This document shows positions 58,741-64,000 of a stretch of 64,000 nt of DNA, one piece after another. The DNA comes from Candidatus Hydrogenedentales bacterium (lineage in GTDB: Bacteria; Hydrogenedentota; Hydrogenedentia; Hydrogenedentales; SLHB01). Position 1 is the stretch's first letter. Each line of letters opens with the position of its first letter. The position numbers and the translations under genes were made by a program. The stretch covers positions 11,212 to 75,211 of the forward strand of contig JBHEKO010000113.1 of the NCBI GenBank assembly GCA_041859475.1, read 5' to 3'. A model generated the notes under the pieces. It ran no database searches. It had not been told where the DNA came from and worked only from the letters and a program-made list of their open reading frames with translations.

Positions 58741-58850
58741 CACCGGAGGACAACGCCGTTGGCTGTTTTGGCCTGCTGTGCTTGTGTCGGCGCAGGCGGC
58801 CCCGTTTCCCGAGGACATCGAAGAAAAACGGGCCCTGAACGGCTAGCCGG
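58741..58850 (+). pseudogene. Degenerate duplicate (about 80% nt identity) of the 5' signal-peptide region of 57893-58699, frameshifted and truncated
   Basis: GACAACGCCGTTGGCTGTTTTGGCCTGCTGTGC...GGCGGCCCCGTTTCCCGAGGACATCGAAGAAAAACGGGCCCTGAAC aligns with 57914-58015. Confidence 0.45.
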
Positions 58851-59012
58851 AGGTGGCCTAACGAAATGTGCCTATCTCCGAACTACTCAAGAAGTATCCG
58901 CTGCTTTATCTGGCCTTCTTGGTGGCCTGTCCTCACTGCTTCTCTGCGAGTGGTGTCCGACGGTTTGACAAAGCAAGCCTGCAACCAGATTGATTCGGGT
59001 GGCCTCGGGCGA

Positions 59013-60581
59013 TTACACAAACACGGGGTCGGTGACGACGGGCATGACGCAGACGGCTTCTTCTCTTGCGCCGTCGAGTCGGTTTTGTTCGTGGGCGAGC
59101 ATGGCGCAACGGACGGCGTCGATGATGTGGTCGTTGCCTTTGGAGTAGACGACGTTGCCGTTTTGCAGGGTGTAGGTGTGGGTGGTGAATTGGTCTTCCA
59201 CCTCCCCATCGTCGGCGGGCAGCACGAGTTGCCTGCGTTGCAGCGCGCCGTTGATGAGACTCGTCATCAGTTCCTTGGTGCGTTTCTTTACCTCCCGTCC
59301 GTCGCGTATGGCCAGCGTGGTCATGCCGCCGAAATCATAGCCGTGCAGGCGCCCTTCGAGTTGGAGCGGCTTGTACTTGTCCAGCGCGAGCAGTTCCTGC
59401 ACGACGGCGAGCCCGTTGCCGCCGTTGTCCACGCCGATCCCCACCGGCGTGAAGTACCGTTCCAACAGCGCGATCGTCTGCGCGATGTGCGGATACGTGA
59501 CGTGTTCCATATGCACGCGCAGAACGAGCGTCAGGACCTTCCGTTCAGCGACCTCGCTCTCGCGAAACACCACGAGTTCCGTTGGGTCGTTGGTGTACCC
59601 GAGGTCGCCGCCGATCCAGAACACGCCCGTCTGCGGCATGAGGTTGAGGAGCATTTCCAGGCGGTCATGCGCGGCCTCCTCGGTCTCGCAATCGCGCAAC
59701 TCGCCGCCCGTGATCTCGAGTTTCCGGTACTCGGGCACGTCCTGTCTACACAGCCCGAGATACTCCACGTTGAACGCGCCGTAACTGGGCTTGCCGTGTT
59801 CGCCCGCCACCTCGTGTTGCCATCCCGCCGTATCGCGCCCGCCGTAGAACTCGAGCAGCTCCGCTTCGCGTGCGGGCGACCAATTCGGATTGATCCACGA
59901 CGGCCAACGAAACACGCGGAACTGCGTCGACGACGTGAGCCGGTAATACGTGGTGTCCCGCAGCCCGTTCGGCGTCGAGTAGATGCGCAGCGTGCCGTCC
60001 GCGTTGAGGCATTGCCGCAACGCTTTCCACGCACGTTCGGACAGCCACGCGCCTTCGTCCACCCAGATGCGGTCCACATGCAATGACCGAAACGCGTCGC
60101 CGTACGGACCCGCGGGCCGAAAGTACAGCACCGCACCGTTCGCGAATTCGATGCGGAAATACGGCTTGCGATGAATTTTCGGTTTGCCGTACTGGGTGGT
60201 CGCCACGCTCTTCATGAGCAGCGGGTTTGCGTCGAGTTGGAACTCGAACTCCTCGATGATGGTGTCCAGATGCCCTTGCTGCGGCGCGGCAATGAGTCCT
60301 TGTCCGCCGGTCGTGATGAAGGCGTAATGCAACGCGGCGGTGGACAGGGCAATCGTTTTGCCTACGCCACGGCCGTCGAGGTGGATGATGTTCTTCTCCG
60401 GGGCGAGTAGGTCTTCCGTCTGGTGCGGCCAATACTCACGCGGCGAGCCATCGCGGTTGCGCAGGTAATGGCGCCCCCACGACGCGGGATTTGTCAGCAC
60501 TTCGCGCAGACGTCGCTGTTCCTCGCGCGTCAATGAGTTCAAATCAGCGCCTCCCGTATCGCACTCCTTACCGTTGCCCAT
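59013..60581 (-). CDS. Phage terminase large subunit
   Basis: 522 aa. N-terminal ATPase Walker A HLDGRGVGKT. C-terminal RNaseH-like nuclease region with NDHIIDAVRCAM. Confidence 0.75.
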   Translation of the reverse strand: MGNGKECDTGGADLNSLTREEQRRLREVLTNPASWGRHYLRNRDGSPREYWPHQTEDLLAPEKNIIHLDGRGVGKTIALSTAALHYAFITTGGQGLIAAPQQGHLDTIIEEFEFQLDANPLLMKSVATTQYGKPKIHRKPYFRIEFANGAVLYFRPAGPYGDAFRSLHVDRIWVDEGAWLSERAWKALRQCLNADGTLRIYSTPNGLRDTTYYRLTSSTQFRVFRWPSWINPNWSPAREAELLEFYGGRDTAGWQHEVAGEHGKPSYGAFNVEYLGLCRQDVPEYRKLEITGGELRDCETEEAAHDRLEMLLNLMPQTGVFWIGGDLGYTNDPTELVVFRESEVAERKVLTLVLRVHMEHVTYPHIAQTIALLERYFTPVGIGVDNGGNGLAVVQELLALDKYKPLQLEGRLHGYDFGGMTTLAIRDGREVKKRTKELMTSLINGALQRRQLVLPADDGEVEDQFTTHTYTLQNGNVVYSKGNDHIIDAVRCAMLAHEQNRLDGAREEAVCVMPVVTDPVFV

Positions 60582-60871
60582 ACCAACCTCACGAGCGCCT
60601 GTTCGATGTCCGGTGTCTGCGCTTCCTCGCGCGCCTCAGCCCGCAGCGCAATGGCGGCCTCCTCGAGCGCGGTCCACTCCGGGTACTTTTGCGAGGCGGC
60701 CTCCGCGCGGGCTAATGCGTCGTCTATGCGCCCCGCGACGAGTTCGGCCCCCAACGCGACGAGCGTCAACCCCGCGCGCAGCACAGCGGCTTCGTTGGCC
60801 TTGAGCACGTCAGCGGGGTTCATCGGCGGCCTCCTGTTTCGCGGCCCAGCGGTCCAGCGCCTCGAGAGCAT
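60539..60871 (-). CDS. Hypothetical protein upstream of terminase (phage small ORF)
   Basis: 110 aa. No motif. Overlaps the terminase start. Confidence 0.25.
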   Translation of the reverse strand: MLSRRWTAGPRNRRPPMNPADVLKANEAAVLRAGLTLVALGAELVAGRIDDALARAEAASQKYPEWTALEEAAIALRAEAREEAQTPDIEQALVRLVWATVRSAIREALI

Positions 60872-61082
60872 CGGTCAAGCGTTCACCGATGCCGCACAAC
60901 CGTTCGGCGTCCGGGTGATTGGTTTGTGCCAGTGCCGCGTTGGATTCGCGCACGTACTCCGGCGCGTAGCGGTTTACGGTGTGGATGGCGTTCACGACGC
61001 GGTCCGGGGGGCGGCTGTGCGCGCATCCGGCGGACATGCAAAGGACGCCAAGGGCAATAACGGCGGACCTACTCAGCGGCAT
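60810..61082 (-). CDS. Small lipoprotein
   Basis: MPLSRSAVIALGVLCMSAGC lipobox. ATG at 61082-61080. Confidence 0.3.
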   Translation of the reverse strand: MPLSRSAVIALGVLCMSAGCAHSRPPDRVVNAIHTVNRYAPEYVRESNAALAQTNHPDAERLCGIGERLTDALEALDRWAAKQEAADEPR

Positions 61083-61182
61083 GTAGCGCTCCTTCCCGGG
61101 ACTTGACTTCCTCCCCCACACAGAGCGTGTATGTGCTCACGCGGCGGCACGGGGTCGCCGTGAAAACGCAAAGAGGAGAGCG

Positions 61183-61590
61183 ATGATGGAAATGACAAAG
61201 GACCTCACCGTGCGCGACGCGGCACAGGTGTATCTGGAACATCTGCGGGCGCAGGGGAAGAAAGAGCGGACTCTGTACACGTACTCGCGCGATCTGGAAC
61301 AGATGGAGGCCTTCTTCGGTGCGGACCGGAAACTCGCGGCCATCCTGCCTGCGCACGTAGGGAAGTTTCTGAAAAGTGACGAGCTGCTCCGGCTGCCCAA
61401 CGGAACCGAGCGCGCCAAGCCCACGGTGGACAAGACCGTGCGCGTGCTGCGCATGTTCTTCTTGTGGGCGAAAGACACAGGACGTATCGAGAAGCTGCCG
61501 CTGCCCAAGGACCTGCCCATGGGCCGAAGCCTGGAGAAGGAGAACCGCGATGCCGACGGCGACTGCGCTGACGCTTCTGCCGAATCCTGA
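61183..61590 (+). CDS. Stand-alone phage-integrase N-terminal SAM-like (core-binding) domain protein
   Basis: 135 aa. AAQVYLEHLRAQGKKERTLYTYSRDLEQMEAFFG ... RVLRMFFLWAKDTGRI. There is no catalytic domain. The 3' end overlaps the integrase start out of frame. Confidence 0.45.
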   Translation: MMEMTKDLTVRDAAQVYLEHLRAQGKKERTLYTYSRDLEQMEAFFGADRKLAAILPAHVGKFLKSDELLRLPNGTERAKPTVDKTVRVLRMFFLWAKDTGRIEKLPLPKDLPMGRSLEKENRDADGDCADASAES

Positions 61591-62485
61591 GCCGCTGCAC
61601 GTTGCCGTGGACGCTTTCGCCCGGCGGCTCGAAGCGCAAGGGGCCTCACCGCGCACCGTGTCCGCGTACACGCGCGACCTTGAGCGGGTGGCGTCCGTAC
61701 TGGCCGCGCGGCAACCGGGGCTCGCTGTGGGCGATGTGACGCCCGCGCTGCTGGACGACGTGCTCAGCAGTCCGGCCATGATGGCGGAGACAAAAGGCGC
61801 GCCCTGCTCGCCCGCGACGTTGCATCGTCTCAAGGCGGCCGTGCGCTCGTTCTTCGCGTGGGCGGAAGAGACTGGGGTGATTGCCTCGAATCCCGCGCGC
61901 TTCGTTCGGCTGCCGCGGCTCCATCCCAAACCGCCGGCGTTCCTCACCGAACGCGAGAAGCGCCAATTGCTCAAGACGCTGCGCCAGACGGACACGCGCG
62001 AGGCAAGACGCGACCGCGTCATTATCGAGATGTTTCTTGGCACAGGCATCCGATTGCAGGAACTCGTGAACCTCGATGTGGACGATGTGGACCTCGACGC
62101 GAAACACATCCGCATTGTGGGCAAAGGCAACGTGCCGCAAGTGAAGTTTCTCAAAACAGACCTCCGTTCAATACTGCGCAGTTATTTGTCCGTTCGACGT
62201 CGCATGGGCTCGGGCGAGACGACGGCATTGTTCCTGTCCAACAGGGATACGCGCCTCACCTCACGGCAAGTGGCGCGGCGTCTCGATGTTTGGTTAAAGG
62301 CCGCGGGCATCAACAAGCACCTCGGTCCGCACGCGCTACGCCACACGTTTGCCACGCACCTCTACGCGAAGTCCGGCGACATCCTCATCGTGCAGCGCGC
62401 GCTCGGCCACGCCAGTCTGTCCACAACGCAGGTGTACACCCACCTTGTGGACGGCGCGCTGGAGAATGCGATCGAACGGCTGTGA
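61550..62485 (+). CDS. Tyrosine recombinase/integrase (XerC/XerD-like)
   Basis: Start MPTATALTLL. N-terminal SAM-like domain AFARRLEAQGASPRTVSAYTRDLERV. Catalytic region GTGIRLQELVNLDVDDVD, HALRHTFATHL, LGHASLSTTQVYTH (R..HxxR..Y). Confidence 0.75.
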   Translation: MPTATALTLLPNPEPLHVAVDAFARRLEAQGASPRTVSAYTRDLERVASVLAARQPGLAVGDVTPALLDDVLSSPAMMAETKGAPCSPATLHRLKAAVRSFFAWAEETGVIASNPARFVRLPRLHPKPPAFLTEREKRQLLKTLRQTDTREARRDRVIIEMFLGTGIRLQELVNLDVDDVDLDAKHIRIVGKGNVPQVKFLKTDLRSILRSYLSVRRRMGSGETTALFLSNRDTRLTSRQVARRLDVWLKAAGINKHLGPHALRHTFATHLYAKSGDILIVQRALGHASLSTTQVYTHLVDGALENAIERL

Positions 62486-62809
62486 TGAATCCATAGCGCC
62501 CGCTACGCTGGGTTGTGCGTTCGTGGTTCGCATCGGCAGACTCCGTCCGAACAGCCGTGCTGGTCCAGCATTTCCGTCAAGCGCCTTATGTTCTCCCAGG
62601 CCACTTCATTCGCCCGAAGCAATGTGGCGGTCTGCGCCCGCAATTCCTTGATAACCTCAGCCAACGGGCATTGCTCCGAACCGCAGTGTGCTCTCATTGA
62701 TGATGACTTTCATTTGGAGCGCCGCGGTCCTTTGGTCCGCTTCCCGCCGCCGAATCGGATGGTGTAGCTCAGGCGGATGCCTTTGCCGAGAATCCAGGTA
62801 ACGAGCGTC

Positions 62810-63367
62810 TTAAACATCGGCCACGTCCTTGCAGTATCGGTTCCAGTTGGCGATGTACTCGGCGGCCGTCCCTTTCCCTGCAGGCGTGTTGTACCAACGC
62901 TTCCAGTACGCCGCCTGGTCTGCGAGGGATTCAGGAATCGCTCCGGGCACGCGGTAGTAATGCAGCCGCGCGAAAAGCGCGCCGACCTTGTCGTTGTCGT
63001 CCAGGCGCAGCGCCCACAACAGCGCGTCCATCGGGATGAGGTCCGGCCAGGTCACCGGCGCATGCGGGTCGGCGAACAACCACTGCGTCGCGCGCGCCAA
63101 CATCTCTGGCCGTGCGCGCAGATACGTCAACGATGCGGCAACCGAGCCCGGCTCCACTTGCCACTTGCTGAACCCGCCCACCTTTCCCTCGAATCGCGGA
63201 GAACGTTGCCGTTCCCACGTCAGGCCGCTTTCCTGCGCGGCGGTGCCGAACAGAAGTCTTGCCGTGCGGTCCACGTACCCCGGCGTTGGCGGCGTCGCGC
63301 CGTATACCGTCTTCGCGCAGCCCTGGCAGAGCCGCCAGATACGCCGCGCGTGTTCTACCTCAACCAT
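62810..63367 (-). CDS. Hypothetical protein (mobile-element cargo)
   Basis: 185 aa. No confident motif; FGTAAQESGLTW is faintly lysozyme/transglycosylase-like. Confidence 0.3.
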   Translation of the reverse strand: MVEVEHARRIWRLCQGCAKTVYGATPPTPGYVDRTARLLFGTAAQESGLTWERQRSPRFEGKVGGFSKWQVEPGSVAASLTYLRARPEMLARATQWLFADPHAPVTWPDLIPMDALLWALRLDDNDKVGALFARLHYYRVPGAIPESLADQAAYWKRWYNTPAGKGTAAEYIANWNRYCKDVADV

Positions 63368-63410
63368 GCATCACCTCCCTCTGACTTGACTTCCTTCTCG
63401 CCTGGAAGCG

Positions 63411-63653
63411 ATGAATCCGGTAAGGAACAGCAGGAGGACAGCCATGGACAAGAGGAATCGGACCTCGCCCGCGAGCGCCGCGGAGGAGTACCGGCAGCGA
63501 GCCCAAGCCATTGATGCCTTGCTCGACGAGCTTAGGCAGAAACTCGATGCGCACGCCGCGCGTGCCGCCGCGGCTCCTAAGAACTGGACGTACGCGGGGG
63601 ACCTCGGTCACGTCGAGGAAGTCCTGCTCGAAATTGTCACGTTCATGAGATAG
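63411..63653 (+). CDS. Small hypothetical protein
   Basis: 80 aa, helical. No motif. Confidence 0.2.
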   Translation: MNPVRNSRRTAMDKRNRTSPASAAEEYRQRAQAIDALLDELRQKLDAHAARAAAAPKNWTYAGDLGHVEEVLLEIVTFMR

Positions 63654-63664
63654 CCGCATCGCGT

Positions 63665-63970
63665 TCATTGCGATGCCTCGAGCGCGTCTTCCGCGAGCGC
63701 CTGGACCTCTTCGAGCAACTGGCGCAAGCCTTCCGCGCTTGTCTCGTCCGTCCGACAAACCTCCACGATGTTTTCCAGGGTGTCCCGGTATGCGGTCGCC
63801 TCGGCGCGCAGGCGTTCGCGCTCGTCCGTTTGCGTGCCGCACGGCTCAGCCAAAGACGTACGCTCGGGCTCAGCGTCTTCCTGTTCGTCCACGCGATTGC
63901 GCCATTCCTTTGCGAGGCCCTTCATGGCGCTGCGATTGTCCGTCACCGCGAGCAACTCGGCGCGGGACAT
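63665..63970 (-). CDS. Small hypothetical coiled-coil protein
   Basis: 101 aa, acidic and helical. Confidence 0.2.
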   Translation of the reverse strand: MSRAELLAVTDNRSAMKGLAKEWRNRVDEQEDAEPERTSLAEPCGTQTDERERLRAEATAYRDTLENIVEVCRTDETSAEGLRQLLEEVQALAEDALEASQ

Positions 63971-64000
63971 TTCCGAAAGCGCGAGAACGTCCTTCCTGCT

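Noticed and set aside
58866-60086. 406-aa plus-strand ORF and minus-strand alternative-frame ORFs 59531-60136 and 59746-60432
   Set aside because: All overlap the terminase large-subunit gene, whose frame carries the Walker A and nuclease motifs. The others are GC-skew artefacts.
62777-63514. 245-aa plus-strand ORF, plus minus-strand ORFs 62931-63218 and 63360-63842
   Set aside because: They are antisense or alternative-frame to 62810-63367 and 63411-63653, and are Arg/Pro/Gly-rich as expected for out-of-frame high-GC DNA.

Overview
High-GC (about 58-60%) bacterial chromosomal segment. Almost all genes between 17.9 kb and 53.6 kb lie on the minus strand. The gene content (DUF1573 proteins, sulfotransferase and FGE-domain proteins, a T2SS with a full pseudopilin set, many signal-peptide proteins with no recognisable domains) suggests a PVC-superphylum-like organism; this is inference only. 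Contents by region: (1) 1-3300: a stand-alone CRISPR adaptation module on the minus strand. It consists of a group-II-intron-type reverse transcriptase fused to Cas1 (RT-Cas1, interrupted by an apparent -1 frameshift at a short homopolymer), Cas2, and two miniature CRISPR arrays (36-nt repeat, 38-40-nt spacers). Each array is followed on its high-coordinate side by its own copy of a conserved ~150-bp leader-like element. Array polarity (crRNA read from the minus strand, repeat ending in the AUUGAAAC 8-nt handle, degenerate repeats at the leader-distal ends) is internally consistent. No cas6, cas10 or csm/cmr effector genes are in the window. (2) 3.4-10.1 kb: sulfotransferase, a large secreted protein, a TPR lipoprotein and a family-1 sugar-binding SBP. 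(3) 10.4-17.8 kb, plus strand: a tandemly duplicated, diverged cassette encoding a metzincin-like HExxH protein, a HEAT-repeat protein and a signal-peptide protein with a C-terminal anchor, plus a DUF1573 protein in the first copy. The second HExxH gene carries an apparent frameshift. (4) 17.9-30.9 kb: glycan/EPS biosynthesis genes (four GT1/GT4 glycosyltransferases, two FemAB-like acyltransferase paralogues, a Wzx-like flippase, a split Wzy/O-antigen-ligase-like gene, a DUF1573 protein). (5) 31.3-42.1 kb: a complete T2SS-like operon (gspD secretin, PilP/PilO/PilMN-like assembly proteins, gspK-J-I-H-G pseudopilins, gspF, gspE). (6) 42.3-53.5 kb: ten consecutive signal-peptide hypothetical proteins directly upstream of gspE, including a Cys-rich small protein next to a C39-like papain-fold peptidase with a C-terminal anchor. 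(7) 53.7-58.7 kb: an FGE/SUMF1-domain protein and three secreted hypotheticals. (8) 58.7-64 kb: a prophage/integrative remnant (terminase large subunit, XerC/D-like tyrosine recombinase plus an orphan integrase N-terminal domain ORF), with a decayed duplicate of the neighbouring host gene's 5' end at the junction. All functional calls rest on motif recognition by eye; no database searches were run.
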